Positions 1-11,414 are shown, counted from the first letter of the stretch. The stretch is DNA of 64,000 nt from Chitinophagaceae bacterium (GCA_947446645.1 CANFHA010000009.1:73179-137178), one strand, 5' to 3'. Made by a program: numbers and translations. Notes: a model not told the origin generated them from the sequence alone.

Positions 1-46
1 AAGTAATGATTTTTTGTTATCTTCGCTTAACTAACCGTTATCGTTT

Positions 47-433
47 ATGGTGCAACAGGTGACAGAGGGCGTAAGTATTATGGTTGAAACATTCTACCAG
101 CCAGGCCAATCCAATCCATTGAGCTCAGAGCATTTGTTTGCATACCGTATAACCATCGAGAATTTATCGATGAACCCGGTAAAGCTCATAAGCCGCCACT
201 GGCATATACTTGACAGCAATGGCACCCACCGCGAAGTGCAGGGAGATGGTGTGGTAGGCATACAGCCTGTGATACGCCCGCAAAGCACTTATCAATACAC
301 ATCCGGCGCCAACCTGCATAGCGAGATCGGAAAAATGTATGGCACTTACCTGATGGAGAATCTCTCCAACAAAAAGAAATTTACCGTTACCATACCGGAA
401 TTTAAGTTAGTAACGCCGTCAAAGCTCAACTAA
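47..433 (+). CDS. apaG: ApaG protein
   Basis: FAYRITIEN, VKLISRHWHI, GDGVVGIQPVI and YTSG motifs typical of ApaG. Confidence 0.95.
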   Translation: MVQQVTEGVSIMVETFYQPGQSNPLSSEHLFAYRITIENLSMNPVKLISRHWHILDSNGTHREVQGDGVVGIQPVIRPQSTYQYTSGANLHSEIGKMYGTYLMENLSNKKKFTVTIPEFKLVTPSKLN

Positions 434-559
434 CCAATCACCCACTGGCGTTTTCAGTGTTTTAGAAGGAAGTGCAGACTCTAAAGTTGAGCACCTCACT
501 ATTATATTAATGGTAATTATCAAGACTGACTCAATTAGCATTTTTAGCACAACATAGTC

Positions 560-925
560 ATGAATCAGGATCATCCGAATATTTCGATAGCAACAAAATG
601 GTTCAATGCATTTAATGAGCATAGCCTTGAAAATCTGCTTTCATTATACCACGATGAAGCACAACACTATAGCCCTAAACTAAAGATCCGCCAGCCGGAA
701 ACAAATGGACTTGTAACCGGAAAAGCCGCACTAAGAGCATGGTGGCAGGATGCTTTTGACAGATTGCCCACCCTCAACTATATACCAACGACGCTCACCG
801 CAAATGACGACCGTGTATTTATGGAATACACCCGAAAAGTGGCCAATGAGGCAGACATGCTGGTTGCAGAAGTACTCGAAATTAATGATGGTATGATTGT
901 GGCATCACGGGTCTATCATGGGTAA
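560..925 (+). CDS. SnoaL/NTF2-like domain protein
   Basis: 121 aa; W..AFN.H.LE.LLSLY...A pattern, DRVFMEY, IVASRVYHG. Confidence 0.85.
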   Translation: MNQDHPNISIATKWFNAFNEHSLENLLSLYHDEAQHYSPKLKIRQPETNGLVTGKAALRAWWQDAFDRLPTLNYIPTTLTANDDRVFMEYTRKVANEADMLVAEVLEINDGMIVASRVYHG

Positions 926-940
926 GAATTACCAATAGAG

Positions 941-2767
941 TTAGGGTGCAGACAATACGTCATTTATCTCTGTTTGCTTTTGCTTCAGCATTGTATTAAG
1001 ATCTTTCCACGTTTTTACCTGCTTTGCTACTTTGGTGAGCGTGCCTAATGAAGCAATGTGCTCATCTATCGCTACGATAAGCGGCTTAAGTACCTGCTCT
1101 GAAAAATACTGCGCCCCTTTCTTTTTCCGCTCTTCAAGCAACAGGTCATCCTGCGATATGATAAGTGCATGTATTTGCTTTTGAAAACCCTGTGCGTGGC
1201 CCTGCGCCAGCTTCAATGCTGCCATTAGCTGATCGTGCAGTGCTATGTTTTTTTCCTTAGGCCCTGTTTTACGTTTTAATAGTTCCGGCAGTAACTGCTC
1301 GGTATGGGCCATCAGGTCCATGAAGGAGAATATTTTTCCAAGTTGCGAAGCCTGTGCTTTGCGCCTGCCTTGTACCAGTATGTTTTCCAGTGCGTCTTCT
1401 TCCTGTTCCAGTTCCGCAAAGTCGGCCACGCGCTGGTCTACTATTACATTTTCTATGCTCAGCTGGCTCCTCAGCACCAGCCCTTCCATGCTGGTACACC
1501 GGCTTAGTGCCACATATACCTGGCCCGGCGCAAATGACTGATTCAGATCTACAACAGCCTTCTGCAACGTAAGCCCCTGGCTCTTATGCACCGTTATGGC
1601 CCAGGCAAGTCTTATAGGATATTGTGTAAAGCTTCCTGATTCTTCCTCTTCTATTTCTCCCTTATGTGGATTCAGCGTGTACCGCATATTCTTCCACGTC
1701 TCCAGCTCCAGCAGCAATGGCTCATTTTCTTCGCCGGCAAAGGTCACCCATATGCCATCAGCATCTATTCTCTCTACCTGTCCTATCTTGCCGTTATAGT
1801 ATCGACGGGGTGTTTGCAGGTCGTTTTTCACAAACATTATTTGTGCTCCTGTCTTTAGTGTCAGCACTTCTTCTGTAGGCAGGCTCTTAGAGCTGAAGTC
1901 GTTTTTAATAGTGCCTTTAAACGTATGAGCCGGAGAACCCAGTTGCTCCAGTGAGCGCTGGTTCACCTCATCTGCTATCCGGTTGTGAGTAGATAAGATT
2001 ATGTATCCTTTATCTTTCTGTGGCAGCGGGTCATAATGTGTGTTGAGCGTATTTATATCCTCTTGTGTCACCAGCCCGTTTCTTACGCGGTTAAGAATAT
2101 CAATAAACGCTTGCTCCTTCTGCCTGTATATTTTCTTTAGTTCTATGTAAAGCGGAGGCTGTTCCCGCAAAACCTTTGCATCGAAAAAGTACGGACTATT
2201 ATAGTATTGACGCAGTATTTCCCAGTCGTTCTCCGGTGTTACCGGTGGCAACTGGAAGAGGTCGCCGATAAATACCATCTGCACACCACCAAATGGCTGG
2301 GCCCAGTTTTTGCGCACATGCCGAAGCACCAGGTCCATACTGTCCAGCAGGTCGCAGCGCACCATACTCACCTCGTCTATTATCAGCAGGTCCAGTTTGC
2401 GTAGCAGCTTCAGTTTTGTATCCCGCAGCCTCAGGTTGGCCAGCAGTGAATGCTTGTCCTGTGTTCCTTCGCCCTGTCTGCCAAACCCACCTGCTGTTCC
2501 TGGTACAAAAGGGCCAAAAGGCAGTTGCAGAAAAGAGTGTATGGTTTCGCCGCCGGCATTTATAGCCGCTACACCTGTAGGCGCTACTATAGCACTTTGC
2601 TTGCGTGTTTGTGTGCGAATGTATTTTAGGAAAGTTGTCTTACCGGTGCCAGCCTTACCGGTGAGAAAAAGGTTTTCGTCAGTATCCCTTACAAATGAAA
2701 CTGCTTTTTGGAAAATGGAATTCGATACATCCAGCTGTTCTGCTGGTTTTGGCAATGTTTCGGGCAT
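941..2767 (-). CDS. PIF1/RecD-like SF1B DNA helicase
   Basis: GKAGTGKT, IIDEVSMV, FGGVQMVFIGDLFQLPPV, LAWAITVHKSQG, YVALSR. Confidence 0.92.
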   Translation of the reverse strand: MPETLPKPAEQLDVSNSIFQKAVSFVRDTDENLFLTGKAGTGKTTFLKYIRTQTRKQSAIVAPTGVAAINAGGETIHSFLQLPFGPFVPGTAGGFGRQGEGTQDKHSLLANLRLRDTKLKLLRKLDLLIIDEVSMVRCDLLDSMDLVLRHVRKNWAQPFGGVQMVFIGDLFQLPPVTPENDWEILRQYYNSPYFFDAKVLREQPPLYIELKKIYRQKEQAFIDILNRVRNGLVTQEDINTLNTHYDPLPQKDKGYIILSTHNRIADEVNQRSLEQLGSPAHTFKGTIKNDFSSKSLPTEEVLTLKTGAQIMFVKNDLQTPRRYYNGKIGQVERIDADGIWVTFAGEENEPLLLELETWKNMRYTLNPHKGEIEEEESGSFTQYPIRLAWAITVHKSQGLTLQKAVVDLNQSFAPGQVYVALSRCTSMEGLVLRSQLSIENVIVDQRVADFAELEQEEDALENILVQGRRKAQASQLGKIFSFMDLMAHTEQLLPELLKRKTGPKEKNIALHDQLMAALKLAQGHAQGFQKQIHALIISQDDLLLEERKKKGAQYFSEQVLKPLIVAIDEHIASLGTLTKVAKQVKTWKDLNTMLKQKQTEINDVLSAP

Positions 2768-2791
2768 CGGTTAAAAATACGGAGATTATAG

Positions 2792-3994
2792 CTATTGCCC
2801 CCAATTATTGCCGGCATCAAAATAGCTATTCAACTCTTCAGTAGTCGTTTTCCTCCATTTGAACACGGTCTGTTGATTGTTCACGATTGTGACATCCATT
2901 TTAGAAGTTACCAGTTCACCGTTTTTGTTGGCGGTTGCTATCATTCTTGCCTGGTAGCCAATGGGCAGACCGGCTAATTCGCGTGTACCTGTCACTTCCG
3001 TATTAAAGAAAGAGTATGCCACTACTGAATTGATCTGCTTATAAACTATAAATACCCGCGCATAATAAATACTGTCCTTAGGATCTATGGTATAGCTAAT
3101 ATTGGTTTTATCCGCAGTAGAGAATCTGTCGCAATTGATCCACCCAAGCTGCCTGATACTAGTTATGTCATACAAGCTTGCATTCAACTTTTGGGTGGTC
3201 GTAACTATTTCTTTCATTTTTTCAGTGGAAATAGAATCACGTAGTGTAGCACCCCTTTTTTCCAGTTCAGCAGTATATTTTTCTCTTTCCTTAATGGAGC
3301 CGAGAGCTGCATAATCCCTTTTATATGCCTTCTCGCTACCTACATATCCCATCAGCTTATAGCTTTTTGGGTTGTATACCATGATAGATTTTCCATCGCC
3401 GGTATCGCGGGTGTCCACGCCATAGCCATTCTTGGCACTTAGCTGTTCATTTGTCGGTTGCCAGTTCATTTGACCTGTGCTATCGCGTTGTCCATTAAAC
3501 AGCATCATAGTAGTGTCCGTAATTTTTGGAAAGGCTATTTTCAAAGACCTACCGTTTCTAATTTTCAGTTTCTTCCCGTCAGATGTCATATTCACGTAAT
3601 AGGCACCGCCGGAAACCAACAATTTTCCGTCTGATAAAGTTTGTGCGTTAGCCCGCGCCAACTCAGCAGCGTTTGTCAATTCTTTCAGTTCCACAACTAT
3701 TTTATTTCCCGGTGCCTGGCCATCTTCGGTCTCCAGGTCTTTCGGTGTCAGAAAAATGACGGTTCCCTTTTTTCCTTTTATCAGCGATAGCTGGTCACCG
3801 GGGGCAGAAAATATCTGTGAGGGCACGTCCAGTTTTTTAAGTGTTTCGTTCAGGCTGGTTTCCTCTTGCTTTATTTTTTCAGCAGTCGGCTGCTGTTCAT
3901 TATTCTGGGTGCTGTTTGTGTTGTTACACCCGTATGATAGCAAAACAAATAGAGCGAATACAGCGGTGTAGAATGATAGAACAGGGACCTTCAT
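2792..3994 (-). CDS. hypothetical lipoprotein
   Basis: 400-aa ORF with hydrophobic leader ending LSYGC (lipobox) followed by an N/Q-rich linker. Confidence 0.8.
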   Translation of the reverse strand: MKVPVLSFYTAVFALFVLLSYGCNNTNSTQNNEQQPTAEKIKQEETSLNETLKKLDVPSQIFSAPGDQLSLIKGKKGTVIFLTPKDLETEDGQAPGNKIVVELKELTNAAELARANAQTLSDGKLLVSGGAYYVNMTSDGKKLKIRNGRSLKIAFPKITDTTMMLFNGQRDSTGQMNWQPTNEQLSAKNGYGVDTRDTGDGKSIMVYNPKSYKLMGYVGSEKAYKRDYAALGSIKEREKYTAELEKRGATLRDSISTEKMKEIVTTTQKLNASLYDITSIRQLGWINCDRFSTADKTNISYTIDPKDSIYYARVFIVYKQINSVVAYSFFNTEVTGTRELAGLPIGYQARMIATANKNGELVTSKMDVTIVNNQQTVFKWRKTTTEELNSYFDAGNNWGQ

Positions 3995-4114
3995 TTTGAG
4001 ATATTTATATTGAAAATACTAAAAGCAATCAACGAATTATTGAAACAACAATGAGTTGTTGTTAATCATACTTTTGTCGGGGCTAATGTTCACACACTTT
4101 TTAAGCAATAACCA

Positions 4115-5812
4115 TTACCGCTTCTTCACCCGCTTAATATCTATAATGTTCATGGGATTACTCCTAAATCCGGAAACGCTGTTTTGAGTGAAGTGGTAAA
4201 GCCGCTCGTAGTATAGTGGTACCACAGGCGCATAGCTCATCACCAGGCTATCCATCTGTCTATACATGGCCCACCTGGCCGTGTCCGGCAGGTTCAGGCT
4301 TTCATCATACCATTTGTCGAATGTGGCGTTATTGAAACGCGTGTAGTTTGGTGGTGCCGGAAAACGACTGTTGAAGAAAACCAAATAAGTCTCAGCATCC
4401 GGGTAGTCGGCCAGCCACTGCGCCCTGAAAAATAGGGCCTTTGACCTGCTCATTTGCTGTTTCAGTATGTTAGGCTGTATCAACTCTATGTTTACGGTTA
4501 TGCCCACCTCTTGCAGTTCACTGGCTATAAAGTTTACTATGTCCTCAAAGTTATTAGGCACTAATATTTTTATAGGCTTTAGTCCCTTTCCGTTCGGATA
4601 CCCGGCTGCTGCAAGCAGCCTTAATGCTTTGGCCGGATCGTAGTCATAGCCATAATGGGCGCCGCTGTCATACCCCGGCATGCCAGCAGGAATAAACCCG
4701 CGTGTAGCTGGTATCTCCATACCATTCTTAAAGTAGGTCACAATCTTCTGCCTGTTTATAGCATAGTTTATAGCCTGTCTTACCAGTTGGTTTTTCGTAG
4801 GCTCATCTTTCATAGCATCGTTCGCCGTATCGGTAAGAAAGCCCAGGTATTCAGTATTGAGATAGGTGTTTTTATCAAGATGAAATTTACCCGCGAATTC
4901 CTTTTTCAGGTTGCCGTCTTTATACAGCAAAAGATCTTTGAAGGAGCCATCGACACCATTTACAAAATCTATCTTCCCCTGGCGAAACAGCAAAAACTCT
5001 GTCGCCTTACTATCTACAAATGACAGCTGCACTGCGCTGAGGTATGGCAATGCACGGCCGGTGCTATCGTGCTCCCAGTAGTGCGGGTTTCGCAGCAGGT
5101 TCAGCGCGTTGCCCTCATCCCAATAGCTGAGCTGAAAAGGACCCGTGCCACACGGGTGATTGCGAAAATCTTTACCCCAATGCTCTGCTACCTCATGTGG
5201 AACTACACTGCAATAAGACATGCTGAGCATCTCGGGCAACGGGCGGAAAGGTGCGCGCAGATGTATCTGAAAAGTCGTGTCGTTAATAGCAACAAAAGGA
5301 TCTGAAGTAGTCACTCTGCCGTTAAATATCCACGCACCAGGTGAGGCCGTTTTTGATGCTACTATACGGTTGAAACTGTACACAACATCCTGTGCTTTCA
5401 TCAGTCTCCCCTTGCCGCCGGGGAATAACACATTGTCCTGAAAAAAAACATCGCCACGTAAATGAAATGTATAGGTAAGACCACTTTCATCCACCTCCCA
5501 TTTCTTTGCAAGAGATGGCACTGTTCTCAGTTGTTCGTCCGTCTCCACCAGTGTATTATAGAGCATGTGGTCCAGCCACATCATATTCAGATCTTTGGCA
5601 AAGGCAGGGTCAAGCGATTCGAGATAACCGCTGGAAATGTTGAGATAAAAAACGTCATTTGATCTTGTTGTTTCCGCAGACTTACAGGCTGCGAACAGCG
5701 CGAAAAAAAGTAACAATATTTTCGATGGGGTCCGCTGCGGAGTACAGATGCCAGAAAAATAACTTCGCCTGTGCGCCTGCACGCTGTTGCGGTTAAAGTT
5801 TCTGTTACCCAT
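4115..5812 (-). CDS. ABC transporter substrate-binding protein, family 5 (DppA/OppA-like); true start probably downstream
   Basis: LDPA, LYNTLV, PSLAKKWEV, YTFHLRGDV, GTGPF, W.ADYPD motifs; lipobox FAAC. Confidence 0.9.
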   Translation of the reverse strand: MGNRNFNRNSVQAHRRSYFSGICTPQRTPSKILLLFFALFAACKSAETTRSNDVFYLNISSGYLESLDPAFAKDLNMMWLDHMLYNTLVETDEQLRTVPSLAKKWEVDESGLTYTFHLRGDVFFQDNVLFPGGKGRLMKAQDVVYSFNRIVASKTASPGAWIFNGRVTTSDPFVAINDTTFQIHLRAPFRPLPEMLSMSYCSVVPHEVAEHWGKDFRNHPCGTGPFQLSYWDEGNALNLLRNPHYWEHDSTGRALPYLSAVQLSFVDSKATEFLLFRQGKIDFVNGVDGSFKDLLLYKDGNLKKEFAGKFHLDKNTYLNTEYLGFLTDTANDAMKDEPTKNQLVRQAINYAINRQKIVTYFKNGMEIPATRGFIPAGMPGYDSGAHYGYDYDPAKALRLLAAAGYPNGKGLKPIKILVPNNFEDIVNFIASELQEVGITVNIELIQPNILKQQMSRSKALFFRAQWLADYPDAETYLVFFNSRFPAPPNYTRFNNATFDKWYDESLNLPDTARWAMYRQMDSLVMSYAPVVPLYYERLYHFTQNSVSGFRSNPMNIIDIKRVKKR

Positions 5813-5859
5813 TACTGCAAATTAACTAAAAGGAACAGTAATTTTGAGAAAACAAGATC

Positions 5860-6582
5860 ATGGCCACTAAGCTCTCTGTAAACATAAATAAGATAGCAAC
5901 ACTTAGAAACAGCCGGGGCGGCAACAACCCAAGTGTGCTGCAGGCAGCAATTGACTGCCAGAAGTTTGGAGCTGATGGAATTACCGTGCACCCCAGGCCG
6001 GATGAGCGGCATATACGATACAGCGATGTGCGGGACATAAGTAAGATAATCACTACTGAATTCAATATAGAAGGAAATCCGACCGAAGATAAATTTGTAG
6101 ATCTTGTGCTGGAAGTGAAGCCCGCCCAGGTGACCCTCGTCCCGGATAGTCCCGGCCAGCTCACATCAAACCACGGATGGGACACTATAAAGGAAAAGGA
6201 ATACCTGCAGCGAATCATCGGCGTGTTTAAAAATGCAGGCATCCGCGTATCTATATTTATAGATCCGGTGGAGGAGATGGCCGCCGCCGCCGCCGCTACC
6301 GGTGCCGACAGGGTGGAACTCTATACCGAAGACTATGCCAGGAACTACAACAAAGACCGCAATGCCGCAATAGCCGCTTACGTAAAAGCAGCAACCATAG
6401 CTACGCAAAATGGTCTCGGTATCAATGCCGGTCATGACCTTGACCGGGAAAATCTGCGCTTCTTTAAACAATCGATACCTGAACTGCTGGAAGTATCGAT
6501 AGGGCATGCGCTGATAGCAGATGCACTATACTACGGACTGGAAAATGTAGTTCAGCTTTATAAAAGGGAATTAAAAGATTAG
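5860..6582 (+). CDS. pdxJ: pyridoxine 5'-phosphate synthase
   Basis: [43 protein letters not shown]. Confidence 0.98.
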   Translation: MATKLSVNINKIATLRNSRGGNNPSVLQAAIDCQKFGADGITVHPRPDERHIRYSDVRDISKIITTEFNIEGNPTEDKFVDLVLEVKPAQVTLVPDSPGQLTSNHGWDTIKEKEYLQRIIGVFKNAGIRVSIFIDPVEEMAAAAAATGADRVELYTEDYARNYNKDRNAAIAAYVKAATIATQNGLGINAGHDLDRENLRFFKQSIPELLEVSIGHALIADALYYGLENVVQLYKRELKD

Positions 6583-6699
6583 ATGAACAAGTAATAAATC
6601 AGAATCTGCAAGGCTCTCAAGGCAGATATTTTAACAGAATCTATAACACTTTACAACTTTATTTGTACTTTAGTGCCATATCAGAATCGATTTCTACCG

Positions 6700-8259
6700 A
6701 TGAAGCACACTTATTTTAAAATTCCGGTTCTTGCAGGATTAATGTTTCTTTTCTCTGTAAGGGCTCAGGCACAATATAATTTCGGTGTGGCCACCGGCAA
6801 CTGGAGCGGCACACAAAGCGTATATCTTAACCCGGCAAACATTGCTGATAGCCGTGAGCGCTTTACCGTAGATCTCATTTCTGCCAACGGTGGCATCGAA
6901 AACAACCTCGGCTCCATAAAGGGTGGCATCTTAAAGGCTATCAATAACGGTAATAACAACGACCTGATCAATTATACAAAGAACGATAAGTTCAGCCTGC
7001 TGGCACCGTATGGTAAGATCAACGGCCCGGGTTGTATGATCAGCATTAACCACAGGCATAGCCTGGCGCTTACCACTGCTATCAGGGGCATGAGCCAGTT
7101 CAATAATTTCGATCGTTCGCTATACCAGACAATTACTAACCCTGCAGACCTACCGGCGGGTGATGCAAACTATACGTCTAAGAACTTCAACTATACTGCG
7201 CACATCTGGAGTGAAATAGGAATTTCTTACGGGGCAGTGATACTGGATAACCAGCACAATGAATTAAGAGTAGGTGTAACAATGCGCTACCTGGGTGGTA
7301 TAGGCTACGTAGGCCTGAAGGGCAAGAACCTGGATGTGCAATACAAGGACGGTAACGACACCGTTTTTGCCTACAACTCAGACCTGCAATATGCGAGCAA
7401 TATACTGGGCACCAAATCGGCACTGTTCAACGGCTTTGGCAACAACAACCTGTTGAGCCAGTTCTTTGGATCTAAGGACGGTCATGGTTTCGGTGCAGAT
7501 CTCGGTATAGTATATGACTACTTTGAAAACGCAGGACGCGAAAATTATGAAATGGATGGTCGCACAGACCGGGTAGACTACTCCAGTAACAGGTATAAGC
7601 TGCGTATATCAGCTTCGGTTCTGGATCTGGGTGCTATTAATTATAAAAGCACTGCTAATTCAAATCTGCAGGCAACCGGCAATGGCTATGTTACCGGTAA
7701 TGATCTTTCTAATAACCTGGGCAACTTCACAGATTTTAACAACTATCTGCGTCAGCAAGGTTTTAGCGGTGATTCCACCAGCCATGATACTAAGGTGCAT
7801 ATGCCCACAAGGCTGTTGCTTAGTGCCGACTACAACCTGTACAACCGTTTCTATCTGAATGCCGCTTATTCAGTAAACCTGGCAAACCGCCAGAATTTCG
7901 GCAACTCATTCTACAACCAGGTAACAGTAACTCCACGCTACGATTCGCGCCTGCTTAGCATAGGCCTGCCGATATCTTACGGCATGCTTAGCAAAAGTGT
8001 GAAAATGGGTGTTGGCTTCCGTATCTCCGGCTTCTTTGTGGGTAGCGATGATATGCTGTCTTTGTTTGCTAACAACCAGTATGGCGCTAACTTCTATGCA
8101 GGTGGCTTTATTCCTTTCGGAAAATCAAGAGCAGGAGACCGCGACCATGATGGGGTATCTAACCGTAGGGATGAGTGTCCGGACGTATATGGATCATGGG
8201 AGAACAGGGGTTGCCCGGTAAAAGAGGAAAAAGAAGCTGACGATAAGTCTGAAAATTAA
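6700..8259 (+). CDS. DUF5723-family outer membrane protein with C-terminal TSP3-like repeat
   Basis: Signal peptide, NPANIADSR, GFGADLG; ends DRDHDGVSNRRDECPD...GCP; ATG 6700 preferred over the ORF-track start 6673. Confidence 0.8.
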   Translation: MKHTYFKIPVLAGLMFLFSVRAQAQYNFGVATGNWSGTQSVYLNPANIADSRERFTVDLISANGGIENNLGSIKGGILKAINNGNNNDLINYTKNDKFSLLAPYGKINGPGCMISINHRHSLALTTAIRGMSQFNNFDRSLYQTITNPADLPAGDANYTSKNFNYTAHIWSEIGISYGAVILDNQHNELRVGVTMRYLGGIGYVGLKGKNLDVQYKDGNDTVFAYNSDLQYASNILGTKSALFNGFGNNNLLSQFFGSKDGHGFGADLGIVYDYFENAGRENYEMDGRTDRVDYSSNRYKLRISASVLDLGAINYKSTANSNLQATGNGYVTGNDLSNNLGNFTDFNNYLRQQGFSGDSTSHDTKVHMPTRLLLSADYNLYNRFYLNAAYSVNLANRQNFGNSFYNQVTVTPRYDSRLLSIGLPISYGMLSKSVKMGVGFRISGFFVGSDDMLSLFANNQYGANFYAGGFIPFGKSRAGDRDHDGVSNRRDECPDVYGSWENRGCPVKEEKEADDKSEN

Positions 8260-8312
8260 TTTGCCGGCAGAAGACCTGCTGAAATATAAAAAAACGGGCC
8301 GCGATAGACTTT

Positions 8313-8765
8313 CTATTCTGCGGCCCTCATCTTGTCCAGTATATTACTAAGTGCCCGGGCCTCTTTGTCGCTTATTGTCATTACCTGTTCGGTAAGCTCG
8401 TCTACCGATGCTCGTGCCGTTTCGATCAATGTTATTCCCGATTCTGTAAGCGCCACAAGTGTTTCGCGCTTATCCGCAGGTGAGATAGTGCGTTTTGCAA
8501 GCTTTTTGATAACCAGCTTATCCAGTATCCTCGGAACATTACTGCTTTTCTCCACCATACGCGATGCAATGTCTTTCACTCGCATTTCATTTGGGTGGCT
8601 GCCTTTAAGTATACGCATCACATTATGCTGCTCCAGTGTAATGCCATGGGGCTTAAGGGCCGCAATTAAATGATCTTTCAGCCAGTATGCAGAAAAAAGC
8701 AGGTTGACGGAAGCCAGGTGCTTGTCGTTGGCAAACTTTGATTTTATGGCGTCATTTAATTTCAT
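8313..8765 (-). CDS. MarR family transcriptional regulator
   Basis: 150 aa; ITLEQHNVMRIL, SNVPRILDKL, DKRETLVALT. Confidence 0.92.
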   Translation of the reverse strand: MKLNDAIKSKFANDKHLASVNLLFSAYWLKDHLIAALKPHGITLEQHNVMRILKGSHPNEMRVKDIASRMVEKSSNVPRILDKLVIKKLAKRTISPADKRETLVALTESGITLIETARASVDELTEQVMTISDKEARALSNILDKMRAAE

Positions 8766-8917
8766 GTGATACAGTGGTTATGCTAATGTAAAAATTTGCA
8801 ATTGTTTATTTTAATAAAAATGAAGTTCAAAGTCGCACAGGGGCGCATTTTACAATCTGCTGACTATTGCACATTAACAACCGGTTAAAACAGGCTGCAA
8901 AACTTCAAAAAACAACA

Positions 8918-10309
8918 TTAGAGAGATTGCAGGAAGGCAACTACTGCATCGCGGTCACTCTTCGGCAGATTGGCAAACTGGTCTTTGCTGCGCTGCGCCT
9001 CGCCACCATGCCATAATATTGCTTCCTGTATGGTGCGTGCTCTGCCATCGTGCAGGTAGTAAGGTGTACCATTTGTTTTTTCAAACATGCCCACGCCCCA
9101 CAGTGCAGCAGTTTTCCATTCTGTGCCTGTAGCCAGGTAATCCGGTCGGTTATCGGCAAGGCCTGCGCCCATATCATGCACCAGCATATCCGTATATGGG
9201 TGTATACGCTGGTTGCTGAGTGCAGGGAAATTTACGTTTACACCGGTATACATAGTTGGCCGGTGGCAGCCAGCGCAGTTCATCTGCTTAAATAATAATT
9301 CGCCACGTTTCACTTGCGGGTCTGTTACATTTCTGTGCGCAGGCACAGCAAGTGTACGCACATAAAATATTACCGCATCTACCATTGTATCTGCAAGATC
9401 TGTAGCTGTGCTGTCACTTACGTACCGCATCTGGTCCTGGCCCCATACGCTTTTCTTAGGCTGCACATAGCTGGTCAGTCCCATATCCTGCTGAAAAGCA
9501 GTGGCTACCTGTACCTGCAGGGTAGATGTATTGGCCTTCATACCAAAGCGTCCCAGCTCAGTCTTTTTTGTAAATGGATTATAAACATAATTGGCATGCC
9601 CGGTGATACCGTCCCCGTTAGCATCTGCCGGATCTGCAAAGGCAAGGATCGTCGCCTCAGGAATATTCTCTAGTAGGCCAAGTCCGAATACCGGCGGCCC
9701 CAGTCGCGGCGAAGTCATGTACCCGGCAGGCAGCGGCATATAGGCATCAACAATGTTATAAGACGGTACATGCAGGCTTGTAATAGTGCCATCAGGAAAA
9801 GTATAAGACTGCTCTGTGCAAGTGAGATTCACCGTTACTTCCGGGTGCACACCGTAGAGGCCCACATTCTGCAGCTGGCCGCCAAAACCCGGTGCCGGAT
9901 TAGGACCGCCATGTGCATCTGTACCAGGTACACTGATGCGCATTAACAGAGATGAACCCAGTTGTCCGAAGGACGGTTGGCCAAAACCGTCGTTGTGATG
10001 GCAGTTGGCGCACGAAACATTATTGAATATGGGGCCCAGACCACCAAAGCGTGGTGCCGGTGCGGCTATGAAAGATTGTTCAAAAAGCGCATCTCCCAGT
10101 TCATGTATCCGCTCATCATTTGCGCTCAGTCCGGGAATAGGTGTGCTGAACGAGCTGGAGCTGATATCAAAAAAAGTAGCCGCACCTCCGGAGAGGCGCG
10201 GATCAAAATTGCTGTCATCATCAATTGCTGCATTGTTTGCCTTACGGCACATAACCATGCTCGTTACGGTCAGCACACAGCCCAATATCACACTTACCTT
10301 CTTTTTCAT
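8918..10309 (-). CDS. di-heme oxidoreductase family protein (DUF1111-like)
   Basis: Two CxxCH motifs (CANCH, CAGCH); GLGPIFN, FGLGLLE, YLHDGRART. Confidence 0.9.
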   Translation of the reverse strand: MKKKVSVILGCVLTVTSMVMCRKANNAAIDDDSNFDPRLSGGAATFFDISSSSFSTPIPGLSANDERIHELGDALFEQSFIAAPAPRFGGLGPIFNNVSCANCHHNDGFGQPSFGQLGSSLLMRISVPGTDAHGGPNPAPGFGGQLQNVGLYGVHPEVTVNLTCTEQSYTFPDGTITSLHVPSYNIVDAYMPLPAGYMTSPRLGPPVFGLGLLENIPEATILAFADPADANGDGITGHANYVYNPFTKKTELGRFGMKANTSTLQVQVATAFQQDMGLTSYVQPKKSVWGQDQMRYVSDSTATDLADTMVDAVIFYVRTLAVPAHRNVTDPQVKRGELLFKQMNCAGCHRPTMYTGVNVNFPALSNQRIHPYTDMLVHDMGAGLADNRPDYLATGTEWKTAALWGVGMFEKTNGTPYYLHDGRARTIQEAILWHGGEAQRSKDQFANLPKSDRDAVVAFLQSL

Positions 10310-10346
10310 ATCACTTCAAATCCTCAGACATTATTGAAAATCCTGC

Positions 10347-11414
10347 TTAGTCCTTTACGTAAGTTGTAATAAAAGTTTTCAACTCACCGTCAAGTGTACC
10401 CTGTAGGTCATTAATAGCAGTCATTGCTGTCTGCAGTTGTGTACGCTGGGTATACAGCGCACTTTCAAAGCTTACCGTCACATTGCCCAGGGCGGCTACC
10501 GCTGCGGCAAACTGTGATTTGATCTTGTTATCCAGCGAAAGGTTCTTCTGCGCCACCAGGTTGCTCAGGCTATTGCCACTTACCCCACCTATAGAACACA
10601 AGTATACGTTTTGTGCACCCTTTATATTGTTAGTGAAGTCCGTCATAGAGTTGTGGGAAAACGGAGATTCCGTTTTTGTAGAGTCCCTCAGGTCGTAAGG
10701 ATCCAACATTTTTCCGCCGCCCACTTCACCGCATATATCGGCCATTCCGGCTGCCAATGCCAGCAATGCATCTTTTTTAGTGGTATAGCGTGTACTACCT
10801 GTGCCGGCTGTGAGAAATTGTGATTGGAAATTACCACCGCTTGTTGCCCAGCTGGTGTTAAGAGCCGTGCAGGTAGTTAATACATCCTGCGCCAGAGCAA
10901 CCATGTATTTTTTATCTTTAGCTGTGAGTCCGGCCGCAGTCGCATTGCCGTTCACACCCCATAAAATATACTCAAGCGGGTGGAAACCACGAAGCGATTG
11001 CCCGAGGGTGCTTACTGTTGCCGTGTTAATATCACCTTCACTGCTACTGGTCATAAAGGAGTCGAGCTGCAGGTAGTCCACTGGCCACGTATCCATATTA
11101 GGATCATAGTTGTCATCCTCTACCGGCCCTACCAGGAAACCTTCGCAACCTTCCCATGTACTTCTTACAGAGCGCCAAGCATTTTGTGCGGCCACCAGGT
11201 TAACATCATTTGCTGTTGTATTCAGTGCAAGTATGGCATTATTAAGATCGGTAGCCCTATCCTGCAGGGTTTGGTATTGCGGCAAAGCCACCTTCCCTAC
11301 AAAGTCTGTGATCACCTGGCTTTCGGTAACCGCAGTTGTCTTGTTATCGTTGTTCTTATGGCAGCTGGAAAATACCAGGCAACCTGCAATAGAAAATAGA
11401 AATATTTTTTTCAT
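10347..11414 (-). CDS. imelysin family lipoprotein
   Basis: Lipobox FSSC; GFHPLEY (GxHxxE); ESPFSHNS. Confidence 0.92.
   Translation of the reverse strand: MKKIFLFSIAGCLVFSSCHKNNDNKTTAVTESQVITDFVGKVALPQYQTLQDRATDLNNAILALNTTANDVNLVAAQNAWRSVRSTWEGCEGFLVGPVEDDNYDPNMDTWPVDYLQLDSFMTSSSEGDINTATVSTLGQSLRGFHPLEYILWGVNGNATAAGLTAKDKKYMVALAQDVLTTCTALNTSWATSGGNFQSQFLTAGTGSTRYTTKKDALLALAAGMADICGEVGGGKMLDPYDLRDSTKTESPFSHNSMTDFTNNIKGAQNVYLCSIGGVSGNSLSNLVAQKNLSLDNKIKSQFAAAVAALGNVTVSFESALYTQRTQLQTAMTAINDLQGTLDGELKTFITTYVKD

Noticed and set aside
941-2767. Truncated PIF1 helicase pseudogene
   Set aside because: All helicase motifs are present and no remnant tail follows the stop; a natural short form is the simpler reading
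4115-5812. Orphan ABC substrate-binding protein as a novel system
   Set aside because: Unlinked family-5 binding proteins are common in Bacteroidota; nothing else unusual nearby
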